From contig CM069160.1 in assembly GCA_035221665.1 (NCBI GenBank), forward strand, positions 34,224,001 to 34,288,000: a stretch of 64,000 nt of DNA, in the 5' to 3' direction. Source of the DNA: Okamejei kenojei. Its lineage: Eukaryota. Below are positions 24,401-35,751 of the stretch, piece after piece; position 1 is the stretch's first letter; each line of letters begins with the position of its first letter. The notes under the pieces were generated by a model that was not told the DNA's origin, made no database searches, and worked only from the letters and a program-made list of their open reading frames with translations. The position numbers were made by a program, and so were the translations under genes.

Positions 24401-27400
24401 AATCTATTGACAATTTCATGGCCGCACTGCGCCAACTGGCTCGCCGATGTGACCTGCATGTCCTGACCCCTGAGACTTTGACCCGTGACATCTTGGTCTT
24501 TGTTCTACGGGATGATATGCTGCGCTCTGAGCTGCTACGTAAGCCTGATCTGACATTCAATGAGGCATTGCATGCCTCTCGTTTAGCTGAGGCTGTCTCC
24601 TCCGCTGTACCTGACCCTGTGCTCCACGCAGCCAGTTTCGCTGGTCGCCAGTACAATGCCCCTCGGCGACAGAGGGCAAGCCCACTGCAGGGCTCCAGAA
24701 CGCGCCAACGCGGTCCGAATTGTAACTTTGTTTTGCACCGTGCTAATGTCTGCCCGGCGTTGGGGAAAACGTGTAATTTCTGCAACAAGCCCAACCATTT
24801 CTCGACGGCATGCCGTTCCCGTGGGAACCCTGCACAGCCACAGCAGATACCGTCTTGCTACTTGACACGCGATGATACCACATCTGGTTCCCATCTCCAG
24901 CACGATTAACTCCCCCTGTCTCACTCTGGCTCTTCTCAGAGCGAACGGAATGTGTTGTCCTTGCGAGGTGCACCTGCTCTGATAACAGACCCGACCGTCC
25001 GAGTCATGATGAATGGTATGGCCTTCTCTGCTAAGGTGGACACGGGGGCTGCTGCTAATGTTATGTCAACAAGCCTGTTCAGGAAGATAAGAAATAATGA
25101 GCCCGTTTCCACAGACAGTGCTGTTTTGCGTGCCTATGGGGGTGGCGTACTTGTTCCTGTGGGGAGGGGCACTCTCCACTGCAAGGTGCTGAAGACCTCT
25201 CGGCCCCTCTCTTTCTTCCTGCTAGACGGTAAATGTGACCCCCTGCTCGGCATGGAGGCCTGCCAGGACCTCGGATTGGTAAGCTTCCACAGCAATGTCC
25301 ACCTGGTAGAGGCACCCCTGAACCGGCTGGCCAAATTCCCAGACCGGTTTGACTCGAAGCTGGGGAAGTTGCCCTGCAGCTACAGGATTGCCCTCAATCC
25401 CGACATCACGCCGGTTATCCGTCCCCCGCACCAAGTATCCTTCGCCATGAGGGGCAGGGTCGAGTCTACTCTTCTCGAGATGGTGGCCACGGGCTCCTGA
25501 AGCCAGTAACGGACTCCACCCGGTGGGTCTCAACTATTGTTGTCACTGCGAAGAAAGACAAGAGCGAAATACAGATCTGCATCAACCCTAAGGTCTTGAA
25601 CTTGGTCATCAGGCGCCCGCACTATCCCATGCGGACGGTGGAGGATGTTGCTGCACAGGTCGGCCCTGCCACCGTGGTCTCGGTTCTTGATGCCAAGAGT
25701 TCGTTCTGGCAGATACCTCTAGACGAGCGATCCTCGCACCTGACGACCTTCAGCACGCCCTTCGGCAGGTATCGCTTCCTCTGCATGCCGTTTGGGATCA
25801 ACTCTGCCAGCGAGGTGTTCCAAAGGACCATGGAACAACTGTTTGCTGGACTTCCGTGTGCCATCATTGTCGACGACATCCTGGTTTATGGGAAGAATGT
25901 CGCTGAGCACGACCACCACCTTCGGCAGGTGCTGCAGCGGGCCCGGGAGGTCAACCTGAAGCTCAACCCGAAGAAGTGCCGATTCTGGGTCCCTGAGGTC
26001 ACCTACGTGGGGCATGTCTTCACTGCATCGGTGCTGAAGACGGCCGCAATATCCGAGATGCCTGCACCTGCTGACGTGCCTGGCCTGCAGCGCTTCTTGG
26101 GCATGGTCAACTACCTGGGAAAATTCATCCCCGACCTGAGTGAACTGAGTGCCCCTCTGCGGGATCTGGTGAAGAAGGACACTGCCTGGGCCTGGTTCCC
26201 GCAACACCAGAATGCATTTGACACCCTCAAACCTAAGCTGATCAGCATGCCAACGCTGAAGTACTTTGGCCTCCAGCACCCCATCGTTCTCACATGTGAT
26301 GCATCTAAGTTTGGCCTCGGGGCCGCCTGCCTGCAGATCCATGACGGGGTGCAACTGCCTGTGTCCTACGCATCCCGCACAATGACGACCGCTGAACAAC
26401 GCTATGCCCAGATTGAGAAAGAGCTGCTGGCGGTTGTCTTTGCCTGCTCCAAATTCAAAGACTATATCCTGGGCAACTGCTTCACTGTCGAGACGGACCA
26501 CCAGCCTCTGGTCACCATCCTCAACAAGCCGATACACATGGCCTCCTCCCGGCTCCAGCGCATGATGCTCCAGCTACAACGCTTCACTTTCACAGTGGTT
26601 TATCGCAAGGGCAAGGACATGTTTGTTGCTGACACGCTGTCTCGGGCGCCTCTCTCATCCACAACCCGACATCCGTACGAGACGTCCGATCTGATAGTCA
26701 TGAACGTTAACTTCGTGCCCTCCAGTCAGTTGAAGTCCTGGCCAAGCACACGGCGGCAGACGCTTCGCTACAACCGCTGGCCGCGATCATCAGGCAGGGT
26801 TGGCCAGACCGCCGTTCTTCCCTGCCGGCCGCAGCGGTGCCTTACTTCTTGGTTTGTGACGAGTTGGTGCTGCGTGATGGTGTGATTGTGAAGGGGCACA
26901 AGGTGGTGGTGCCCGCAGCACTACGAGAACAATACTTCAAAACCGCTCATCGTGGCCATCCTGGGGCCGAAGCGACCCTTTCCATCGCTCAGAGCCAGTT
27001 TTTCTGGCCTGACATGCCTCACTACTTCCGGGATAGGGTCTCCGCGTGCCCTACCTGCAACAGCCTCGCTCAGCAGCAACAGCGGGAGCCGCTCCTGCAG
27101 CAGCCAGCTGCTGACCTGCCATGGTCTGCGCTGGCAACCAACATCTTCAAATGGCACAGAAAACACATCCTGGTGCTTGTCGACTCTTACTCCAGCTGGT
27201 TTGAAGTTGACCATGCTCCACTCCCTCTCTTTCTCCGCGGTCATCGAGAAGTTGCGCTGCTACTTTGCCACCTTTGGGTGCCCGGTCAGCCTGCAGTCGG
27301 ACAACGGCAGCCAGTTCACCAGTGCCGAGTTCCGTGCTTTTGCCGAACGATGGAACTTTCGTCATTACACCAGCTGCCCGGAATACCCGCAGAGCAATGG

Positions 27401-28487
27401 ACTGGCCGAGCACGCGGTCCGCAGTGCTAAAGGATTGTTGGAACGTTGCCACCTATCCCGCTCCGACATCTACCTGGCCCTGCTGAACCTCCGCAACATC
27501 TCCCGCGACCATGCCCTGGGCTCCCCGGCTCAGTGACTCATGTCCCGTGTCACGAGGCCCACGGTCCCGGTGTCTCAGCAGTCCCTGTCCCCCTCCGTCT
27601 TTAAACCTTCCTTGGTCCGGAAACGCATTGCCCAGAAACACGGTATACAGAAGCGTTCCCACGACAGGTCCTGCCGTGTCCTTCGCCCTCTTCTCCCCGG
27701 CCAGGTCGTCCGTATGAGGTCCACTTCTGGCAGTTCCAAGCTGGCCGTGGTCGTCGTTTGTACCTTGTCAACCACGACGGCAGGGTGTACCGCCAGTCCC
27801 GCCAGCATCTCCGGCTCGTGAATGAGCCTCTCCCTCCCCCGGCGGCTCCATATGCCCCCCCCCCCGCTGCCACTTTCGCGGCCTCGTGCCTTGCCGGTTC
27901 CTCTGGGGTCCCCCCCTCGTCCTTCCCCTGTCCGTCTCCCGGCTGCGGTCCCGCTTTCTCCGGCTTCCTCGCCCTTCTCTTCGCCATCCCCCCCGATGCC
28001 CTCATCGCCCAGGGGTTCTCTTGTCCGTAGCCCCCACCACGCCCCGGCGTCGTCCCCGCTTGTTCCCGTCAGCGAAGGTGGTGATGGCGAGGTGCGGACC
28101 CGGTCTGGTCGCCTGGTCAGGGTGCGGGTCCGTTACAGTGATTACGTGTGATTCTGTATTGCCGTGCCCTACTGTTTGCATTCACCTTAGCGCATGAGAC
28201 GTGGTCGCCCTGTCACTCACTGTTTGTTTTTGTAGAGGAAGGATGTAGATGATATGTGTATACACCTTTAATTGATAGTGACGATGTCCATGCTAACCAC
28301 TCCCCCACCAGTTAGTATAATTGTAACCCACACGCCCCTAGCTCTCTCTCTGGTGATCGTGACAGACCACGTACAGCTAGGGCAATAATGTGCGATTAAT
28401 AAAGTAGTGAAGATCCCGGTATCCGTGAATATACTTTACATGCAGGATTCCCTGAAAATTGCTCTGCAAGTTGAATTGATAGTATAG
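21410..28487 (+). mobile_element. Degraded CR1 (paralog of 2308-5370), interrupted by the Gypsy element and 3'-deleted
   Basis: Colinear with the copy-B CR1. It resumes at 28446 for about 40 bp and then ends. Confidence 0.88.
23801..28440 (+). mobile_element. Gypsy/Ty3 LTR retrotransposon, full length, frameshifted
   Basis: LTRs 23801-23999 and 28244-28440 (TG...CA), 5-bp TSD TGCAG, PBS TGGCGTCAGAAG at 24000 (tRNA-Leu-like) and PPT 28234-28243. Gag CCHC knuckle, protease VDTGA, RT IVDD, RNase H CDAS and integrase SDNG occur in Gypsy order. Confidence 0.95.
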
Positions 28488-28554
28488 AAAGCTGTGCCCC
28501 CATGCCCCCCCCCCCCCACCCCCACATCCCAAAGACCCGCAGTTTGCTTGTCTG

Positions 28555-29087
28555 TTACTCACCCGGAACAGAACTGGAGCAAATTGTCATCCACTCGTTG
28601 GTAAGCCAAGGCCAGAAGAAAGGATAAAGTTTCTCCGTGAATTTATTCGCAGTGAAGGTGTGGAGATGGGACTTGGTGTCTGCGTCGTAAAATGAAACTG
28701 TCCCAGACTCGTAACTGAGGTAAACCCCCACCCTCTCGGGGATGGGACGGGCGAGGAGAGGGGATGGAGGGGAGGTGAATGCATTAAACTCATCACCCTG
28801 TCGCCCAATGCTCCAGACTCCAGTCTCCGGGGTCAGTGTGACCCGTCCCTTCCTCTCCACAGACTCTGCGGCGACTCCCAGACACCACAACCGACTCCCC
28901 TCCACCTCCATCTCCCAGTAATGTCTCCCCGATGTGAATCCCTCTGATCCCAGCACACACGCCCGGGCCGTAAACCTCTTCCCGGTGTCAGAGAGACTCC
29001 TCTCGGTCCCGGTCCGTCTCACGATCTTCCGATCCTCGGACACCTCAAGCCGCGGATTTGCTGTTTCCATATCCAGGGTGACGGAGA
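28555..29087 (-). CDS. B30.2 (PRY-SPRY) exon, proximal copy A
   Basis: Acceptor cttctccccccag|TC TCC. Translation VSVTLDMETANPRLEVSEDRK...KRF...VLGSEGFTSGRHYWEMEV...RVGVYLSYESGTVSFY...LYPFF is open through TAA at 28557-28555. Confidence 0.93.
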
Positions 29088-29858
29088 CTGGGGGGAGAAG
29101 CAGAGAATCCACGGGGGTCAGGGGTCGACTCGGGAAGCGCGGCCCCGGGACCGGGGGAGAGGCCGCTCCGCCTCGGGCACAGGCGGGCGGACAACTGGAC
29201 AATATCCCGCCGTTTTCCCACCCACCAACATCCCATGGACAAAAACATGTTTCCCGGAGTTTCCTAATTGGGGTGGAAGTGGAGTGCAACCGGGTGAACG
29301 GTGAGAAATAAAAACAAACTGGTGGAGGAAGTCCACGGGTCAGGCAACACATGTGTAAGGAAATGACAGAACACGTCTAAGGTCTAGGGTCTAGACACTT
29401 CTTCATTCTCATGCTTCCCTCTGCTCCCTCGGTAGCAAGAGATGCAGCAAATACATTCACACGCACACAGTCTCTCTCTCTCTCTGTTTCTCTCCCTCTC
29501 TCACACACACGCATTCACACAGATACACAAACACACACACAAACTCATTCACACACACACACACACACACACACATACATGTGCGCACACACACACACAC
29601 ACACTGTGATGGATATTCGCTTTCCAAGACAAAGGCTTGTTCACTTCTCAGGCACAAATGATTTTTGCTAACCTCAGATTTTTAACACAGCAAAAGGTTC
29701 AAGATGTTTGTTGTTCAGTAAGTTCGGAATCTAATCATAGAAACATAGAAAATAGGTGCTGGAGTAGGCCATTCAGTCAGCACCGCCATTCAATATGATC
29801 ATGGCAGATCATCCAAAATCAGTCCCAGTTCCTCCTTTCTCCCCATATTCATTGATTC

Positions 29859-30443
29859 AGTTGTATCGGGTCTTGGTGAGACCACACCTGGAGTATTGCA
29901 TACAGTTCTGGTCTCCAAATCTGAGGAAGGACATTATTGCCATAGAGGGAGTGCAGAGAAGGTTCACCAGACTGATTCCTGGGATGTCAGGACTGTCTTA
30001 TGAAGAAAGACTGGATAGACTCGGTTTATACTCTCTAGAATTTAGGAGATTGAGAGGGGATCTTATAGAAACTTACAAAATTCTCAAGGGGTTGGACAGG
30101 CTAGATGCAGGAACATTGTTCCCGATGTTGGGGAGGTCCAGGACAAGGGGTCACAGCTTAAGGATAAAGGGGAAATCCTTTAGGACCGAGATGAGAAGGA
30201 CTTTTTCAACACAGAGAGTGGTAGGTCTCTGGAACTCTCTGCCACAGGGGTAGTGGAGGCCAGTTCATTGGCTATATTTAAGAGGGAGTTAGATGTGGCC
30301 CTTGTGGCTAAGGGGATCAGAGGGTATGGAGAGAAGGCAGGTACGGGTTACTGAGTTGGATGATCAGCCATGATCATATTGAATGGCGGTGCAGGCTCGA
30401 AGGGCCGAATGGCCTACTACTGCACCTAATTTCTATGTTTCTA
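29859..30443 (+). mobile_element. Young 5'-truncated CR1 3' fragment
   Basis: Closely matches the 3' end of the CR1 at 48790-51900, has a TTTCTATG tail, and has candidate TSD TGATTC (29853-29858 / 30444-30449). Confidence 0.88.
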
Positions 30444-30891
30444 TGATTCTGTTAGCCCTAAGAGCTAAATCTAAGAATTTGCTTCCACTGCTTTCTGGTG
30501 CAGAGGATTGCACAGATTCACAACTCTCTGGGTGAAAAGGTTTTTCCTCATCTCAGTCCAAATGGCTTACCCCTTATTCTTAAACTGTGACCTCTGGTTC
30601 TGGACATTTTTCCTGCATCCAGCCTGTCCTGTCCTTTAAAATGTTTAAATGATTATCTAAGATCCCCTCTCATTCCTTCTAAATTCCAGTGAATACAAGC
30701 CTGGGCAACCCATTCTTTCAGCATATGTCAGTCCCGCCATCCCGGGAATTAACCTGGTGAACCTACGCTGCACTCCCTCAATAGCAAAAATGTCCTTCCT
30801 CAAATTAGGGGACCAAAACTGCACACAACACTCCAGGTGTGGTCTCACCAGAGTCGTGTCCAACTGAGGTAGGACCTCCTAAATACCAACG

Positions 30892-31206
30892 CGGTCACGG
30901 TAGCGTAGCGGTAGAGTTGCTGCTTCACATCGCTTGATGCGCCGGAGACCCGGGTTCAATCCCGACTACGGATGCTGTTTGTATGGAGTTTGTGCGTTCT
31001 CCACGTGACTGCGTGGGTTTTCTCCTTCCTCCCACACTCCAAAGACGTACAGGTATGTAGTTTAATTGACTTGGCGTCTGCGTAAATTGGCCTTGGTGTG
31101 TGTAGGATAGTTTTAATGTGCGGGGTTCGCTGGTCGGTGCGGGCTCAGTGGGTTGAAGGGTGGGTCGAAGGGCGTTGTATCTCTCAACTAAAGTAATCTA
31201 AAAAAA
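30892..31206 (+). mobile_element. tRNA-derived V-SINE (HE1-like)
   Basis: A-box-like TAGCGTAGCGG, B-box GGTTCAATCCC, V-domain-like TGTATGGAGTTTG...CCTCCCACACTCCAAAGAC and an A-rich end. Confidence 0.8.
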
Positions 31207-33016
31207 TCAAATCCTCTCGCTATGAAGGCCAACAGAAAACACTAAACATTAATAATAATAAAACATTAATGATAAAACACCATTGATCAAGCATGTGAAC
31301 CAACAAAATACCAGATCAAAGGGAGGCTACAGATTTTTGGCTGTTTCGAGCAACTATTCGTGGATAAAAACTGTTTTTATGTCTACTTTCAGTGACTGAT
31401 GAACTTCAGTTTTACTTTCAGTGACTGATGAACAAGGACCCCAGATCTCTTTGTACTTCCCCTTTTCCCAACTTGACACCATTCACATAATAATCTGCCT
31501 TCCTGTTTTTGCTGCCAAAGTGGATAACCTCACATTTATCCACATTAAACTGCATCTGCCATGCATCTGCCCACTCACCCAACTTGTCCAACTCACCCTG
31601 CATTCTCATAGCATCCTCCTCACAGTTCACACTGCCACCCAGCTTTGTGTCTTCTACAATCCTGCGGGATGTTACATTTAATTCCCTCGTTTAAATCATT
31701 AATATATATTGTGAATAATTGGGGTCCCAGCACAGAGGCCATCAGACCCTGGGGATTTATGTGCCTTCAACCCCAACGGTTTGCCTAACACCATTTCCTG
31801 ACAACTGTGGATTCCCTTCAGTTCCTCCCTCCCACCAGATCCTCGATCCCCTAGTATTTCTGGGAGACTGTTTGTGTCTTCCTTAATGAAGACAGAACCA
31901 AAGTACTTGTTTAACTATTCTGCCATTTCCTCATTTCCCATTATAAATTCACCTGTTTCTGACTGTAAGGGACCTACATTTGTCTTCACTGATCTTTTCC
32001 TCTTTCCACATCTAAAGAAGCTTTTACAGTCAGTTTTTATATTCCCAGCAAGCTTTCTTTCATGCTCCATTTTCCCCCTGTTAATTAACCCCTTTGTCCT
32101 CCTCTGTTGAATTCTAAATTTCCCCCAATCCTCCGGTTTGCTGCTTCCTCCGGCCAATTTATATGCCTCTTCCTTGGATTTAACACTATCCTTAATTTCC
32201 CTCATTAGCTACAGAAGAGCCGTCTTTCCCATTTTATTTTTTTGCCAGACAGGAAATGAACAATTTTTGCAGTTCATCCATGCGATCCTTGAATCATATC
32301 TTCAAAGTCTATTTCTTTAAGGTCAGGACCTTAGTTTCTGAATTAACCGTGTCACTCTCCATACTAATGCAGAATTCCACCATATTATGGTCACTGTTGC
32401 CCAAGGGGCTTTGTACAACAAGATCGCTAACTAATCCTTCCTCATTACTCAATACCCAGTCTAGGATGACCTGCCCTCCAGTTGGTTCCTCTACATGTTG
32501 GCTTAGAAAACCATCCCGTATACACTCCGTGAAATCCTCCTCCTCAGTGTTGTTACCAATTTAGTCAGCACAAAATATATGTAGATTAAAGTCACCCATG
32601 GTAACTGATGTACTGCTTGTTCCTCTGCTACTCATTCATATGTTATCCTCAATTGTAAGAATTGCACTTGTCTTTTGTAAATCCCTTGTAAACTATGACC
32701 TTCATTAAAATTACTCCTCAGAATTAATCGCGCTTCATTTAAAAATATAACTGTGTTTATTCTGCGTCGTTAGCTGGAAGTAACCAGACCTTGGTTGGGA
32801 GGGAGGACACACGGCTGTAAATAATGATTATTGACAACTAGCCCCCTTCAGCTGTGACTAGAGTAGTGAAGTAAGTTAGACTTTGATATACAGGTTGATG
32901 CAGTATAATCCCCTTATAGTGAGAGTACCTGTAGATACTTCGAACAGGTAAGACTTAAAGACTTGTCTTAAGTTTACGCTCTCGGACGGGTAATCTCAAT
33001 ATCATTACCACACTAA

Positions 33017-33240
33017 CACACACATATGCTCAAACATGCACACACACACACATGCACAAGCACATGCTCTCACACACACACAGCCACACACACACACACA
33101 CACACACAGGACCACATTTGCACCCACACACTCACACTCGCATACTCACGCACACACACTCACGCATTCACACACACACGCACGCCACACTCACACGATG
33201 GCACACGCACACATACATACACACCAAACGCACACTCACG
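33017..33240. repeat. (CA)n-rich microsatellite region (others at about 6480-6645, 29455-29605 and 35485-35592)
   Basis: Visible dinucleotide repeats. Confidence 0.9.
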
Positions 33241-33256
33241 TAAAACAAGATCTTAC

Positions 33257-33283
33257 CTTGGTGGCCACGTATCCTCTTCCACT
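33257..33283 (-). CDS. Butyrophilin-like 27-bp linker exon (EWKRIRGHQ)
   Basis: Acceptor tttctgttttcag and donor CAAG|gtaaga. A 27-bp, phase 1-1, W-basic exon is typical immediately before B30.2 in BTN genes. Confidence 0.75.
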
Positions 33284-33487
33284 CTGAAAACAGAAACAAC
33301 AAACAAGACTGAATAAAACTCTCTGGGATCTAATCTGTGATTAATTCCATAGCACACTGTAAATGTGTAAAGATACTCCTGATGGACCCGCTGCAGTATC
33401 ACTGCACTCTGGTGATAATGATGCTGCGTGAATGTTGCACGTGTCTGTGCGTGTGTGTGTGTGTACTGCACACGTTTGCCATGTTGA

Positions 33488-33489
<2 letters not shown>

Positions 33490-33523
<34 letters not shown>

Positions 33524-35435
33524 CCTTTTCCCTCTCCCTCTCTATCTTTCTCTCCGTCTCTCCCCCTCTCTCTCTTCCTCCCCCCCCCCCTCCCCTTCTC
33601 TCTCTCTCTCTCTCTCTCTATTCCTTCTCCGCTCTCTCCCCTATCTCCCCCCCTCACTCTCTCTCTCCATCCTTCAGTTTCTCTTCCTCCCTCTCTCTCC
33701 CTCCTTCCCTCTCTCACTCCCTGTCTCTATAGTCCTTCCCATATCCCCCTCTCCCTCTCTCTTTTTCTTCTTCTCTCTCTCTCTCCCCCCTCCCCCCTCT
33801 CTTCGTTCCTCTCTCTCTCCCTCTCCCACTCTCTGCTTCCCTCTCTCTCATGCTCTCTCTCTCTTTTCCCCCTCTCTCCCCCCCTCTCACCCTCTCTCCC
33901 TCCCTCTCCCCTCATTCCCAATCCCTCTCTCTCACCCCCTCCCCTTGTCTCTCACCCCTCCCCCGCTCTGGTCTGAGAACACAATGCAATTATTAAGAAA
34001 CCTCATCAGCGCCTCTACTTCCTGAGAAGATTACGGAGAGTCGGTCTGTCAAGGAGGACTCTCTCTAACTTCTACAGGTGCACAGTAGAGAGCTTGCTGA
34101 CCGGTTGCATCGTGGCTTGGTTCGACAACTTGAGTGCCCTGGAGAGGAAAAGACTACAAAAAGTAGTAAACACTGCCCAGTCCATCATCGGCTCTGATCT
34201 CGCTTCCATCGAGGGGATCTACCACAGTCGCTGCCTCAAAAGGCTGGCAGCATCATCAAGGACCCACACCACCCTGGCCACACACTCATCTCCCTGCTAC
34301 CTTCGGGTAGAAGGTACAGGAGTCTGAGGACTGCAACAACCCGGTTCAGGAATAGCTACTTCCCCACAGCCATCAGGCTATTAAACCTGGCTTGGACAAA
34401 ACTCTGAACATTAATACCCCTCCATCTGTTATTTGCATTTTATCAATTTATTCATTCATGTGTGTATTTAAGTATATAATTGTAGTCAATGCCTACTATG
34501 TTCTGTTGTCCTATGCAAAGAAAGAATTTCATTGTCCTGTCAGGGACACATGACAATAAACTCTTTTGACTGACTCTCTCTCTCCCGCTCACTCTCTCTC
34601 CCCACCTCCCACCCAGCTTCTCGATCTTCCCCCTCTCTCTCCCCATCACCATCTCTCTCCCCCTCCCCATCTCTTCCCCTCCCTCTCTCTCTCACACTCT
34701 ACCCCCTCCCTCTCTCTCCATCCCTCTCTCCCGCCTCTCTCCTCCCCCCCGCTCTCTTCCTCTCCCTCCCTCTCTCTCTCCGTCTCCCACTCTCCCTCTT
34801 TCTCTCTCCCCTCCTCTCTCTCTACCCCTCTTTCTTCCTCTCTCCCACCCTCTCTATCTCTCCCCCTCCCCTTGTCTCTCACCCCTCCCCGCACTCTCTC
34901 TCTCTCTCACTCCCCCTCCCCCCTCTCTCACTCCCCCTCCCTCCCACTTCCCCTCTCTCTCATTCCCCCTCCTACCCCTCTCACCCGCTCACTCTTCCCC
35001 CTCCCCACTCTATCTCTCTCTCCCTCTTGCTCTCCCCCTCTCTCCTCCTCCCCCTCCTCTCCTCTATCTCTCTCTCTCTCCCCCCATGTCTTTATCTTCC
35101 CCTCCCCATCTCTCCGCCTCCCTCACTCCCTCACCCTCTCCCCCCTCTCAATCCCCCAATCTCCCCCTCTCTCTATTGTGTCTCTCTCTCTCCCCCTCCA
35201 CTCCACCCTCTCTCTCACTTCCTCTCCCCCCCACCCTCTCTATATCTCTTCCCCCCTCTCTCTCCCTTCCCTCGCGCCCTCTTTCTTTCTCCCTCCCCTC
35301 GCACCCTCTTTCTCTCCCCCTCTCTCCTCCTCCCCCCTCTCACTCTCTCTTCCCCTCCCAATCTCTCCCTCCCTCCCTCTCTCCCTCCCTCTCCCCCCAC
35401 CCCTCCCCCTCCCCTCTCCCTCTCCATCTCATCTC
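33490..35435. repeat. CT-rich polypyrimidine low-complexity tracts flanking a Rex1 3' fragment
   Basis: Near-pure C/T at about 33490-33965 and 34570-35435. Confidence 0.9.
34001..34572 (+). mobile_element. Rex1/Babar LINE 3' fragment
   Basis: HQRLYFLRRL...FYRCTVESLLTGCI, closely similar to 62300-62860. Confidence 0.85.
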
Positions 35436-35592
35436 TGATTGAGATATTTGAAGATGTCACCAAAAAGGTTGATGAGGGCTGACCTGTGTGAGTGTGTGTA
35501 TTGGTGTGATTGTGTGTGCGAGTTTGTGTGAGTGTGCGTGAGCTGGTGTGTGTGTGTGCGAGCTGGTGTGTTAGTGTGTGAGCTGGTGTGTT

Positions 35593-35732
35593 NNNNNNNN
35601 NNNNNNNNNNNNNNNNNNNNNNNNNNNNNNNNNNNNNNNNNNNNNNNNNNNNNNNNNNNNNNNNNNNNNNNNNNNNNNNNNNNNNNNNNNNNNNNNNNNN
35701 NNNNNNNNNNNNNNNNNNNNNNNNNNNNNNNN
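35593..35732. other. Assembly gap (140 N)
   Basis: Run of n. Confidence 1.
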
Positions 35733-35751
35733 TCCTTCTCATTTGTGAATA

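Larger units (their letters stand above)
14383..29342. repeat. Segmental duplication, copy A (with later DIRS and Gypsy insertions and a deletion of about 0.7 kb)
   Basis: Shares CR1 fragments, a SINE head, the 27-bp minisatellite, unique sequence and the B30.2 exon with 1-6289. The equivalent of about 4735-5445 is missing near 28490. Confidence 0.92.
29736..32620 (-). mobile_element. Degraded minus-strand CR1 fragments interrupted by a plus-strand CR1 and a SINE
   Basis: Reverse CR1 tail CATAGAAACATAGAAA at 29736, and minus ORFs 30657..30863, 31418..31630 and 31915..32205 carry CR1 motifs. Confidence 0.8.

Noticed and set aside
33026-35482. Long His/Thr- or Ser/Leu/Pro-rich ORFs
   Set aside because: They are translations of (CA)n and CT-rich tracts that lack stop codons.
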